Positions 21,630 to 30,948 of a DNA stretch of 45,452 nucleotides are shown in pieces. How positions within the stretch are numbered: the stretch's first letter is position 1; each line of letters starts with the position of its first letter. Source of the stretch: Candidatus Eiseniibacteriota bacterium (GTDB lineage: Bacteria; Eisenbacteria; RBG-16-71-46). The notes below the pieces were generated by a model that saw only the letters and a program-made list of their open reading frames with translations, made no database searches and was not told the DNA's origin. The DNA lies in the NCBI GenBank assembly GCA_031370785.1, contig JANMQY010000021.1:1-45452 (forward strand), read 5' to 3'. The position numbers and the translations under genes are program-made.

Positions 21630-21754
21630 AGGCGACGGCAGGGACGGGGTGCCCGTTGGCGAGTGGGGCCAGGAGCGGTGAGGTCTTTTAGGAGGGGCGG
21701 GGAGCGACGGGGCGCCCCCGCGAGTCATCGGGTACCCCGTCCCTGCCGTCGCCT
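21630..21754 (+). repeat. 31-bp inverted repeat enclosing a 63-nt purine-rich loop
   Basis: Arms 21630-21660 and 21724-21754: 28 Watson-Crick pairs, 2 G-U pairs and 1 mismatch on the + strand. Confidence 0.85.
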
Positions 21755-21783
21755 CTCTGTGCTACGACGCTACAACGCGACCG

Positions 21784-22485
21784 TCAGTGCGTGGTATCCG
21801 CCGCAGCCGCCTTCTGCCATTTGCTGAGGGGCTCCAAGGTCGCCTTCACGATCAAAGCCTTCTTGCCCGGGTTTGGACCGCCGGGGCCCTTTGGAGTGGC
21901 CGGATCGGCGCCCAGGGCCACGATCTTGTCCACCGCATCCATCCCCGAGATCACCTGCCCGAAGACCGTGTAACCGCCCTGGTCGAGCGAGCGCTGCGGA
22001 GCCACGTCGATGAAGAACTGACTTCCGCTCGAGGCGCGCTGCGGGTTGGCCCCATCGCCGAGGCGTGCGGTCGCGACCGCGCCGCGGATGTGCAGGAGCT
22101 TGATCTCGGCAGGAATGGTGTACCCGGGGCCGCCCACCCCGTCGTCGCTCGGATCCGCGTTTTTCGTATTGGGATCGCCGCCCTGGATCATGAAGCCCGG
22201 GATCACTCGGTGGAAATAGGTCCCGTCGTAGAAGTGTTCGCGCACCAGCTTCTTGAAGTTCGCCGAAGTCTTGGGCGCGTCGGCCTCGTGGAACCGGATC
22301 ACGATCGTGCCCTGCGCCGTCTCGAGGACCGCGACCTGCGGTTCGGTCTCCGTCGTCATGGTGACCACCTTTCGAGTCGTGGACTTGGTAGCGCTCGACT
22401 TGTTGACCGCGGTTCCTGTCGCCGCGTTTACGTTTCCGGCGAGCACTCCGAACGCGAGTGCACCGATAAGCCACATCCGAACCAT
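21784..22485 (-). CDS. Exported cyclophilin-type peptidyl-prolyl isomerase
   Basis: FHRVIPGFMIQGGDP, SGSQFFI and YTVFGQV motifs; signal peptide; AAGGAGG SD. Confidence 0.93.
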   Translation of the reverse strand: MVRMWLIGALAFGVLAGNVNAATGTAVNKSSATKSTTRKVVTMTTETEPQVAVLETAQGTIVIRFHEADAPKTSANFKKLVREHFYDGTYFHRVIPGFMIQGGDPNTKNADPSDDGVGGPGYTIPAEIKLLHIRGAVATARLGDGANPQRASSGSQFFIDVAPQRSLDQGGYTVFGQVISGMDAVDKIVALGADPATPKGPGGPNPGKKALIVKATLEPLSKWQKAAAADTTH

Positions 22486-22535
22486 TGATTTCCTCCTTGA
22501 GCGGCGCGGGAAGACACCCACACACGAAGCCGGGA

Positions 22536-22564
22536 AGTCTAGACGCGCTGCGCCGGCCGGGCAA
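22536..22564 (-). promoter_or_regulatory. Candidate sigma70 promoter for the cyclophilin gene
   Basis: TTGCCC-17 nt-TAGACT. Confidence 0.5.
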
Positions 22565-22694
22565 GCGTGCGGGACCACTCTGCCCAGGGTCGCGACGCCG
22601 GAGAGCGCGCGGCGCCGGAGGGCCCGCCCGGCCCGCGCTCGCCCCCGCGTACCAAGCTGGTATACTCCCGCGCTGCTTGTGCCCGGGTCGGGGC

Positions 22695-23456
22695 TCAGAC
22701 TCCTTCCGGACTCAGCGCTGCGACCGCCCAGTGGCGGCCGGTGGCGCCCGCATCGCGGCGGTGGGAGTAGTACCAGTACGGCTCGCACGCGGTGCAGGCA
22801 CCGGTGTCCTCGATGCGCTCGGGGCCGACGCCGGCCTCGCGCAGTGCGCGCGCGGCAGCGCCTGGCAGATCGAGACGCCAGCGTCCGTCGCAGGGCTTGA
22901 CGTCATCTGGATGAAAGCGCTCGGCGACCTCGCTTCCCACTTCGTAGCAGCAGGCCCGGATGCACGGGCCGAAATGAACGACCACCCGGTCGGGGCCGAC
23001 ACCGGCGGCCGCGCATAGCGCCTCGAGCGCGGCGCGCGGCATGCCATCGGCGGTGCCGCGCCAGCCTGAATGGGCGGCCGCGACCGCACCGGGTGTGGTG
23101 TAGAGAATGGACATGCAGTCGGCGGTGGTGACCGCGAGCGCCAGCCCGGGAGTGGTGGTGACCAGCGCATCACATCCGGGGGAATGGCCGGGCGATGCGA
23201 TCCGGGTGACGGCGCGGCCATGGACCTGGCCGGCGGTCGCGAGCATTGCGGGTGCGAGAGCGAGCGAGTCGAGAAAGCGGCGCCGGTTCTCTTCGATATG
23301 GGCCGGGTCGTCGGACGTCGAGCGTCCGAGATTGAGAGTGTCCCACGGCGGCGGACTCAGCCCGCCGCGGCGGGTCGAGAAGGCGAGAATGAAACCGCGG
23401 CTCGGCGCGACCGGCCGCCACATCGGCACGGGCGTCTCGGTTGCGAGGGTCCACAT
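22695..23456 (-). CDS. pgeF: YfiH/PgeF family (peptidoglycan editing factor / purine nucleoside phosphorylase)
   Basis: FSTRRGG, QVHG, TADC, AHSGWRG, GPCI..CCYEVG and YSHRR motifs. Confidence 0.9.
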   Translation of the reverse strand: MWTLATETPVPMWRPVAPSRGFILAFSTRRGGLSPPPWDTLNLGRSTSDDPAHIEENRRRFLDSLALAPAMLATAGQVHGRAVTRIASPGHSPGCDALVTTTPGLALAVTTADCMSILYTTPGAVAAAHSGWRGTADGMPRAALEALCAAAGVGPDRVVVHFGPCIRACCYEVGSEVAERFHPDDVKPCDGRWRLDLPGAAARALREAGVGPERIEDTGACTACEPYWYYSHRRDAGATGRHWAVAALSPEGV

Positions 23457-23465
23457 TGGAGCGGC

Positions 23466-23495
23466 ACGCTAGGGGACCCGTCGTCTACGGGTCAA
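23466..23495 (-). promoter_or_regulatory. Candidate sigma70 promoter for pgeF (near-leaderless)
   Basis: TTGACC-18 nt-TAGCGT, 9 nt before the ATG. Confidence 0.5.
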
Positions 23496-23527
23496 GTGCG
23501 TGCGTGATCACAGGGAGAACATCCAGG

Positions 23528-26500
23528 GTGAGAGCCAGACAGTTCCGCTTCGCGATGGTTCCGGCGCTCGTGAGCGCCATGGTGTGGGCGGCATTCGCCG
23601 CCGAGACGGCGCCACCAGCCGCGGGCCCGGCGGTGGCGACGGTCGGTGACATGCGGATCAGCAAGGCCGAATTCGAGCAGCGTGCGAACGCAACGCTCGA
23701 CGAATACCGCACGCGCTCGGGCGGAGCCGTCCCGGATGAGTTCGTGCCGATCGTAAGGCGCCAGGTGCTCGAGGGCCTGATCCGCATGGACCTGCTGGCG
23801 CTCGAGGCCAGCCGTCGCGGTGCGCTCGCGACCGTCGCCGAGGCCGAGGATCAGATCCGCAAGGAGCCGTTCTTCAACCCGGGCGGCCAGTTCGACGCCA
23901 ACAAGTTCAACACCGTCAGGTCGATCAATTCGCCGGCGTGGCAGTCCGCCATTCTCGAGCTGCGGCGTCGCATCGGCGCGCAGAAGCTCAGCCGGAAGCT
24001 CGAGCAGGAGCGCGGGCCCGCGCCCGAGGAGCTGCGCGCGGCCGCCGAACGCGCGCTGACCCGCGCCTCGTTCGACTACCTGCTGATGCGCGGCCGCGAG
24101 TTCGGCGGCGACTATCCCGAGCCGCGCGAGAGCGAGGTGCTGGACTACTACCGGACGCACCCATCGGAGTTTCAGCGTCCCGACCGTGTCACGCTCAGCG
24201 TGGTGTTCTTCGACCGGCCCTCACCGAGTGACGAGGAGCGCGCCGACCCTGTGGCGATGAGGCGATGGGACGCGCGCCAGAAGACAAGCGCGGATAGCGC
24301 GCTCGCCGCATTGCGCGGCGGCGCCTCGTTCGACGCGCTCGCCGAAGCGGTCGGAGGGGTACGCCACGACGTGACGGTGACGCGCGGCAGCTTCCCCGCG
24401 TTCTGGCAGGGGAGCGCCGAGCAGAACGCTTCGGTGTTCCAGCAGAAGGTGGGAGGGATCGTGCCCTCGACGATCCCGGGCAACCCGGGGTATCTGATCG
24501 CCCGGGTCGACGCGGTACGTCCGGCCCAGGTCGCCAGGCTCTCCGAGGTGTCGCGCGCAATCCGGCAGCGCCTGCGTGGCTCGGCGCGCGAGCGCCGCGA
24601 CGAGCGCGAGCTACGCCCGATCTACGACGCGCTCGCGGATAGCCTGCGTGGCCCGGCGATGAGGGTCCGCTACGCGGTCGCCGACACGACCACGCTCGAA
24701 CCCGGTTCCCCGAGCGAAGCCGACCTCGACCGTTTCTATCGCGGGCATCTCGCCGACTATTCGCGCTTCGATGCCGCGAGCAGCACCATCCAGTCTTCGC
24801 CGCTGGCAGAAGTGCGCGACGACGTGCGCCTGCGCTGGATCCGCGATCGCAAGGTCGAGGTCGCGCGCGGCATCATCGAGGGCCTGCAGCGCGCCTGGTC
24901 GCAGGGCCGTCGCGATCCCGCGCTCGAAAAATCCGCCTCGCTGTTGCGCGAGGTCGGCCCGATTCCGGTCGGCGCTCCGGTGGACACCGGCCTCGCCGGC
25001 GCGGTGATCACCGATTCGCTGATGCAACGGGGCGCACAGACCGGTGTGGGCGTGGCGCCATTCTCGCGCGGCGTCGCGGTCTATCACGTTTTCGAGCGTC
25101 TCGCCGACGTAAAGCCGAGCTTCGAGCAGGCCCGGCCGCGACTGCGCGCCCTCTTCACGTCACGCAAGGCGAACAGTGACGAGGTCGGCGCGCGAGCGCT
25201 TTTCGAGAGCAACCCGTCCCTGTTTGCCGCCGGCAAGCTGGTGCACTTCTCCCGCGTGATCGTCGAGCCGCTCGATGCACGCAACGTTCCTCTGACCCGC
25301 GCCGAAGTCGAGCGCTACTACCGCAAGCACTTCGACCGCTACTCCGCGCCCGAGATCATGGGCGCGCGCCACATCCTGATCAGTCCGACCGGCCCGGGCG
25401 CGCGCGCGGACCAGGAGGCGAGGGCACGCGCCGACAGCGTCTATCAGCTGGTCAAGAACGGCGCCGATTTCGCCACGCTCGCCCAGCGCCTGAGCGACGA
25501 TCCGGCCACGCGCGCCAGGGGTGGGGATCTCGGGGACTTTGGCCGTGGCGCCATGCTCGACGAATTCGAGCGCGCGGTGTTCGCGATGCAGCCGGGGGAC
25601 GTCAGCCCGCCAGTCAGGACCGAAGTCGGATACCACATCATCAAGTGCACGAACCATCTTCCGGTTCGCGCCGATCCGCTCAAGTGGGTCTACCCGACGG
25701 TCGGCTACGATGCCGCGCTGGAGAAGGCGGACAGCATCGCGATCCGGCGCGCCGACAGTCTTTTCCGGGTGATCCGCACCCCGGCGCAGGCCCGGCTGCT
25801 CGCCGATCGGCTGCACTACAACGTCGTCTCCAACACCCACGCGATCGGCGAAGAGATCCTGGTGCCCGACCTGGTGCCCTACTTCCGCCGGCTGGAACTG
25901 ATGAAGCCCGGCGAGCTGTATCCGAAGACCATCTATCTGAAGGGCATCGGCGGCGTCATCACCTGGGTCGACAGCATCTCGCCCGCCGCAAAGCCGACCT
26001 GGCAGGACGCGCGCGACGTCGCGATCGAGGTCTACCGTTCGGGCAGCTCGACGCGCAGCATGCTGGCCAAGCGCGCGGAGCTGGACTCCATGCTCGCATC
26101 CGGCTGGACGCTGGACAGCCTGGCCGCCCTGTGGGGTGGACTCACCCGCGCCGCGAACGTCAGTCCGGCTGCCGGGATTTCGGACCTGGGAGGGGGCAAG
26201 GGAGTCCTCGACTCGCTGACGTTCGGCGCGCGCGGAGGGCGTGCGCTGCGCGAGGGTGAGACCAGCGGTTGGCTCACCTTCCCGGTCGGATACGTCCGGA
26301 TGCGTCTGGCCGGGCGGATCGATCCGAATCCGGGCCAACTCGCGGCCCGCATTCAGAACGATCGCAGCCAGGAGCTCGAGCGTCGACTGCGAACCTATTT
26401 CGAAGACCTCAAGGACCGCTATCCGGTCCGCATCCTCGACCCCAAGCTGCGTGACGTCGGCCTGCCGCCGCCCCCGGCGGCCACGGTCGACACTCCCTAG
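23528..26500 (+). CDS. Large exported SurA/PpiD-like parvulin chaperone
   Basis: Signal peptide; SurA-N-like VATVG...I...EF; intact rotamase domain ARHILI...FATLAQRLSDD...GGDLG...GYHIIK; start uncertain (23528 or 23555). Confidence 0.8.
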   Translation: MRARQFRFAMVPALVSAMVWAAFAAETAPPAAGPAVATVGDMRISKAEFEQRANATLDEYRTRSGGAVPDEFVPIVRRQVLEGLIRMDLLALEASRRGALATVAEAEDQIRKEPFFNPGGQFDANKFNTVRSINSPAWQSAILELRRRIGAQKLSRKLEQERGPAPEELRAAAERALTRASFDYLLMRGREFGGDYPEPRESEVLDYYRTHPSEFQRPDRVTLSVVFFDRPSPSDEERADPVAMRRWDARQKTSADSALAALRGGASFDALAEAVGGVRHDVTVTRGSFPAFWQGSAEQNASVFQQKVGGIVPSTIPGNPGYLIARVDAVRPAQVARLSEVSRAIRQRLRGSARERRDERELRPIYDALADSLRGPAMRVRYAVADTTTLEPGSPSEADLDRFYRGHLADYSRFDAASSTIQSSPLAEVRDDVRLRWIRDRKVEVARGIIEGLQRAWSQGRRDPALEKSASLLREVGPIPVGAPVDTGLAGAVITDSLMQRGAQTGVGVAPFSRGVAVYHVFERLADVKPSFEQARPRLRALFTSRKANSDEVGARALFESNPSLFAAGKLVHFSRVIVEPLDARNVPLTRAEVERYYRKHFDRYSAPEIMGARHILISPTGPGARADQEARARADSVYQLVKNGADFATLAQRLSDDPATRARGGDLGDFGRGAMLDEFERAVFAMQPGDVSPPVRTEVGYHIIKCTNHLPVRADPLKWVYPTVGYDAALEKADSIAIRRADSLFRVIRTPAQARLLADRLHYNVVSNTHAIGEEILVPDLVPYFRRLELMKPGELYPKTIYLKGIGGVITWVDSISPAAKPTWQDARDVAIEVYRSGSSTRSMLAKRAELDSMLASGWTLDSLAALWGGLTRAANVSPAAGISDLGGGKGVLDSLTFGARGGRALREGETSGWLTFPVGYVRMRLAGRIDPNPGQLAARIQNDRSQELERRLRTYFEDLKDRYPVRILDPKLRDVGLPPPPAATVDTP

Positions 26501-26687
26501 GCCTTCGCGACGAGGCCAGGGCGTCTGAAGCCCGCACCTGCAATCCCGCCCGATTCGTGAGTGCACAACGCCCGGCCGGCTTGCCGGGAACGGGGCGAAC
26601 TCCACAGCGAACTCAAGCCGGCGTGCGATTCGGCCGATGGTATGCTGCGTGCAATCTGAATCTTCAAACCCGGGGCCCAACCCACCA

Positions 26688-28028
26688 ATGGCAACCGCCT
26701 CCTCAGCCGTGACCGAACATCCACAGCGTCGCGTCGTGCTCATTGATTTCGACTGGCACGACGCGGACCTGCTGCCCGAGCTGCTGGCTCAGCCCGGATT
26801 CACGGTGCGTCTGGTCGCGGGGGAGAAGAATGACGATGCCGGAGTCCGCATCGCCGAGCTGTGCGGGATGCCCCGCACCGTGGACCTTGCCGACCTGACC
26901 CGCGAGATCTTCGACCTGGCCCTGGTGAGCGAGCGCAGCCCGCGCCGTACCCAGGTCGAAGGTCTGCTGCTCGCGCTCGGCACGCCGTGCCTCTCGCCCG
27001 AGGGCCTGCTCAAGGGCGAGGCGGTGAATGGCGACGAGCCGCCGGCGATCGAAGTGCCGCTGGCCCTGCATGCCGCCGCCTTCGAGAACGCGCTCGGTGG
27101 AGAGCCGTTCGCGGACATCATCGAACAGTCTCTGCCCGACGTCGACGTCTCCGACGACGCCCCCACCATGCCGCGGCCGGTGCGCTTCACCGGGCAGCAG
27201 AGAATCATGATCCCGAGTCTCGAGGACTTCCCGTCCCCTGAAGACCGGCGCGGGCTCGAGCTGGCCCTCCAGAGTCTGGTGGCCGGCACCGGCGCGGGGC
27301 GTGCCGAGCTCCACACCGGACGCTCCGACCAGATCGAACTGGTCGCCCAGGTCGGCCCTGCGGATCCGCTCCTCAAGGGTCTGGTGGACCTGGCGTTCGA
27401 ACTCGGTACCGCGCAGGTGGTCAGCCCGCTCTCCGGTCCGCACGAGGGCAAGGCGTGGGGCGCATGGCCGTTCCAGACCACGCAACGGCGCGGCGTACTC
27501 GCCGCCGGCGCGATCGATCCGGCCCGCGGCTGGACCACCTGGGAGCGCATGGTCGAAGAATTGAAGAACACCTGGGACGAGAAGGACCGCGAGCAGGCGG
27601 GCCCTGCGTTCCCGATGCTGCCCGGCGCTCAGACCGGCTGGCTCGAGCTCGACGCCTTCCGCGCCCGGCTCGACCTCGCGATCGACCGCAACGCGCGCGA
27701 CGGGCTCCGCTTCGCGGTGCATCGGCTCCAGTTCGTCGAGGCTCCGGCGGCGGTCGAGACCCTGTGTCATCTGCTTCCGGATCAACTGCGTGACACCGAC
27801 TGCATCTGCCGCCCGCTGCCCAATGAAGTGCTGCTGCTCACCGCCGGTGCGGCCGACGCCTTTGCGCACGTGCGCCGGCGCCTGCTCGCGCTTTGGGAAC
27901 ACGCCTGGCGCGACAGCGGTGCGCCGCCTCCGGCCCCGCCGATCACCGACGAGCGCGTCGAAATGAGTGGACCTGAGGATGCCGAGAAGTTCCTCGGCGC
28001 CGTCCAGGTCTGGCTCAGCCGGAACTAG
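26688..28028 (+). CDS. Hypothetical signalling protein: Rossmann-like N-terminus, GAF-like middle, degenerate GGDEF C-terminus
   Basis: C-terminal TGWL...FRARLDLAIDR..R....FAV...LRDTDCICRPLPNEVLLL follows the GGDEF-fold pattern; the other domain calls are weaker. Confidence 0.55.
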   Translation: MATASSAVTEHPQRRVVLIDFDWHDADLLPELLAQPGFTVRLVAGEKNDDAGVRIAELCGMPRTVDLADLTREIFDLALVSERSPRRTQVEGLLLALGTPCLSPEGLLKGEAVNGDEPPAIEVPLALHAAAFENALGGEPFADIIEQSLPDVDVSDDAPTMPRPVRFTGQQRIMIPSLEDFPSPEDRRGLELALQSLVAGTGAGRAELHTGRSDQIELVAQVGPADPLLKGLVDLAFELGTAQVVSPLSGPHEGKAWGAWPFQTTQRRGVLAAGAIDPARGWTTWERMVEELKNTWDEKDREQAGPAFPMLPGAQTGWLELDAFRARLDLAIDRNARDGLRFAVHRLQFVEAPAAVETLCHLLPDQLRDTDCICRPLPNEVLLLTAGAADAFAHVRRRLLALWEHAWRDSGAPPPAPPITDERVEMSGPEDAEKFLGAVQVWLSRN

Positions 28029-28174
28029 CGGCCCTTCGGTTCTCGCGGTCGCACCCGCGGCCGCCCAGCAATCCCGACTCGATCGCGGCAGAAACCCACG
28101 AGTCGACCGGCCTTCCTTGCGCGCTCCGGCGCGCTCCTGTAATGCTTCGCGCTTCACGCCACGGAGGCTGCCTG

Positions 28175-29935
28175 GTGAAGCGCACCATCCGGAAACTGGC
28201 GGCCGAGACCGCCTCGCGCATCGCCGCGGGCGAGGTCGTGGACCGCCCGCTCTCCGCCCTCAAGGAAATCCTCGAAAACGCATTCGACGCCGGGGCCCAC
28301 GCCATCGAGGTGCGGGTGGACCGCTCGCTCGACCACGGCTTCTCGGTGGCTGACGACGGGGTCGGCATCGTCGCCGCTGAGCTCGACCTGGCGCTCGAGC
28401 GACATGCCACCAGCAAGCTATCCGAGTTCGACGATCTCGATTCGCTGGCCACGCTCGGATTCCGCGGTGAGGCGCTGCCCAGCATCGCGTCAGTGAGTCA
28501 GCTGAAGATCACCAGCCGCTCGTCCGAGGCTGAAGCCGCGGCGTTCGTCATGGTCGCGGGAGGGATGCTCCACGAACGAGGCGCGATCGCGCGCGCGGTC
28601 GGCACGACCGTCGATGTTCGCGACCTGTTCTTCAACGTCCCGGCGCGCAGGAAATTTCTCCACTCCCCGGCCGGCGAGCTCCGCTCCGCGATCCGCATGC
28701 TCGAAGCCTACGCGCTGGCGTTTCCCGAGGTCGCGCTCCGCCTGGTCGTGGACGGTCGCGAGCGGTTCGAGTGGGCGGCGTCCGCCGGCCATCGTGAGCG
28801 TTGCGAGATCCTGTGGGGCGCGCGCCATGCCGAGCAGCTGGTCCCTGCGGACGGTGAGCGAAACGGCGTCCGGGTGGAAGCGCTGCTGGGCCTGCCCGAG
28901 CATGCGCGCGCGACCCGTGAAGGGCAGATATTTCTGATCAACCGGCGCTGGGTGCAGAGCCCGATGCTCGCGCAGGCCCTGCGCCAGGCGTACGGCAACC
29001 TGCTTCCCCAGGGACGGTTCCCCGCGGCGGTGGTGTGGCTCAGCGTGCCGCCCGCGCGGCTGGACGTGAACGTGCACCCGACCAAGCGAGAGGTGCGCTT
29101 CGCCGACGACGACGCGGTCTTCGGTCTGGTGGCCGGCGCATGCTCGGTGCCGCTCTCGACCCTGCACCCGCCGTTCACCATCGTGCACGGCAGCGCACCC
29201 GAGCCCACCTGGGCCGATCGGGTGCGCGAGCGTCCGGTGAACCAGACCCAGCTCGGTCTGGAGGCGGTGCCGCCACTCGCGCCCGCTCACGCTCCGGGCG
29301 CCTCGGCTCCGCTCGGCTCGGGCGGCGCGGCCGCGGCACACGAGGCGCCGGCCGCGGTCACGAGCGAACCCGAGATGTGGCAGCTGCACCGAACCTACAT
29401 TCTCGCGCCGGTGCGCGGCGGCGTCGTGATCGTGGATCAGCACGCCGCGCACGAGCGCATCCTGTTCGAGGAGGCGATGGCCCGGCTCTCGGGCGAGCGC
29501 GGCGCCTCGCAGCAGCTCCTGTTTCCGGCGCTGGTCGACCTGTCGCGCGCGCAGTTCGAGCTCATGCTCGAGCTGGGCCCGTGGCTCAATCAGCTGGGCT
29601 GGGACGTCTCGCCGCTCGGGCCGCCCACCGTGGTCATCCAGGGCGTGCCCTCGGGACTCAAGCACGAGCACCCGGGGCGGCTGCTGCAGGACATCCTCGA
29701 CGGGGTGAGCGAGGACACCGGGCAGAGCGCGACCCAGGAGATTGCCGAGCGCGTGGCGCGTTCGTGGGCCTGCCACGCGGCGACGCGAGCCGGCGATCCG
29801 CTCACGCGCGAGGAGATGCGCAGCCTGGTGGACCGGCTATTCGCCACTTCGCGCCCGCACGGCGATCCGCACGGGCGCGCGACCTTCGTGCGCCTCGACC
29901 TCGACGAGCTGCACCGCCGCTTCGGCCGCAGCTGA
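28175..29935 (+). CDS. mutL: DNA mismatch repair endonuclease MutL
   Basis: IAAGEVV, ENAFDAGA, HATSK, GFRGEAL, DVNVHPTK, DQHAAHER and QQLLFP motifs. Confidence 0.97.
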   Translation: MKRTIRKLAAETASRIAAGEVVDRPLSALKEILENAFDAGAHAIEVRVDRSLDHGFSVADDGVGIVAAELDLALERHATSKLSEFDDLDSLATLGFRGEALPSIASVSQLKITSRSSEAEAAAFVMVAGGMLHERGAIARAVGTTVDVRDLFFNVPARRKFLHSPAGELRSAIRMLEAYALAFPEVALRLVVDGRERFEWAASAGHRERCEILWGARHAEQLVPADGERNGVRVEALLGLPEHARATREGQIFLINRRWVQSPMLAQALRQAYGNLLPQGRFPAAVVWLSVPPARLDVNVHPTKREVRFADDDAVFGLVAGACSVPLSTLHPPFTIVHGSAPEPTWADRVRERPVNQTQLGLEAVPPLAPAHAPGASAPLGSGGAAAAHEAPAAVTSEPEMWQLHRTYILAPVRGGVVIVDQHAAHERILFEEAMARLSGERGASQQLLFPALVDLSRAQFELMLELGPWLNQLGWDVSPLGPPTVVIQGVPSGLKHEHPGRLLQDILDGVSEDTGQSATQEIAERVARSWACHAATRAGDPLTREEMRSLVDRLFATSRPHGDPHGRATFVRLDLDELHRRFGRS

Positions 29936-29955
29936 GCCCGCCCGAGCCCGATCGG

Positions 29956-30894
29956 ATGAGCGCCCGCCCCGTCGTCGCGATCGTGGGCGCGACCGCGACC
30001 GGCAAGACCGAGGTGGGCGAGGAGGTGGCGCGCGAGCTCGGGGGCGAAGTGGTGTGCGCGGATTCGCGCCAGGTGTTTCGCGAGCTCGAGATCGGCACCG
30101 GCAAGCCCGATCGTGCCCGGCGTGCGGCGCGACCCCACCATCTGTTCGAAGCGCTCGCGCTGGAAGAGAAGCCGAGCGCCGGCTGGTACGCGAAGGCGGC
30201 GCGCGAAACCTGCGCCGCGATTCACGCGAGGGGCAGCGTTCCGGTGCTGGTCGGCGGATCGGGCCTGTATCTGCATGCGGCCCGGGTCGGGCTTTCGGCC
30301 GCGCCGCCCGAGGCACCCGGGGTGCGCGCCCGGCTCAGGGCCGAGGCCGTGGCCGTGGGCGGCGCCGAGCTGCACCGGCGACTCGCCACCGTCGATCCGG
30401 AAAGCGCCGCCCGACTCGATCCCAATGACGCGAAGCGCATCACCCGCGCGCTCGAAGTGTGGGAATCGAGCGGCCAGCCGCTCTCCTGGTGGCACAGCCA
30501 GCCAGCCGCCCCCGCGGTCGAGGGAACGTGGCAGGTCGTCGAGCTGACCCTGGAGCCGCGCGAACTCGTGAATCGGATCTCGGAACGCACCCGCGGGATG
30601 TTCCAGAGCGGACTGATCGAGGAGACGCGCGCGCTCATTGAGAGCGGCCGCGGCCCGGCGCTCCGGCCGCTGCACGCGATCGGCTACGACGAGGCGTGGG
30701 ATCTGATCGAAGGGCGTCTCGATCGCAAGGCTGCCGAAGCGCGCACCGATCTGCGCACCGCGCAGCTCGCCAAGCGCCAGCGCACGTGGTTCCGCCATCA
30801 GGTCTCCGCCGAGCTTGTCGCTGCCGATGGGCTCGACGTCGCGCGGCTCGTCGAGGAGACGCTTACGGCGCTGCAGCGGCCGCGCCCCGGTTGA
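29956..30894 (+). CDS. miaA: tRNA dimethylallyltransferase
   Basis: GATATGKT, DSRQVFR...IGTGKP, VGGSGLY, RALEV and LAKRQRTWF motifs; follows mutL. Confidence 0.95.
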   Translation: MSARPVVAIVGATATGKTEVGEEVARELGGEVVCADSRQVFRELEIGTGKPDRARRAARPHHLFEALALEEKPSAGWYAKAARETCAAIHARGSVPVLVGGSGLYLHAARVGLSAAPPEAPGVRARLRAEAVAVGGAELHRRLATVDPESAARLDPNDAKRITRALEVWESSGQPLSWWHSQPAAPAVEGTWQVVELTLEPRELVNRISERTRGMFQSGLIEETRALIESGRGPALRPLHAIGYDEAWDLIEGRLDRKAAEARTDLRTAQLAKRQRTWFRHQVSAELVAADGLDVARLVEETLTALQRPRPG

Positions 30895-30919
30895 CAGCCC
30901 CGGCCGGCCGCTCTAACTT
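30891..30919 (+). promoter_or_regulatory. Sigma70 promoter for tRNA-Gly/der
   Basis: TTGACA-17 nt-TAACTT. Confidence 0.7.
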
Positions 30920-30948
30920 CCGTGCCGCAAGTGTGAAGCGGTATTCGT

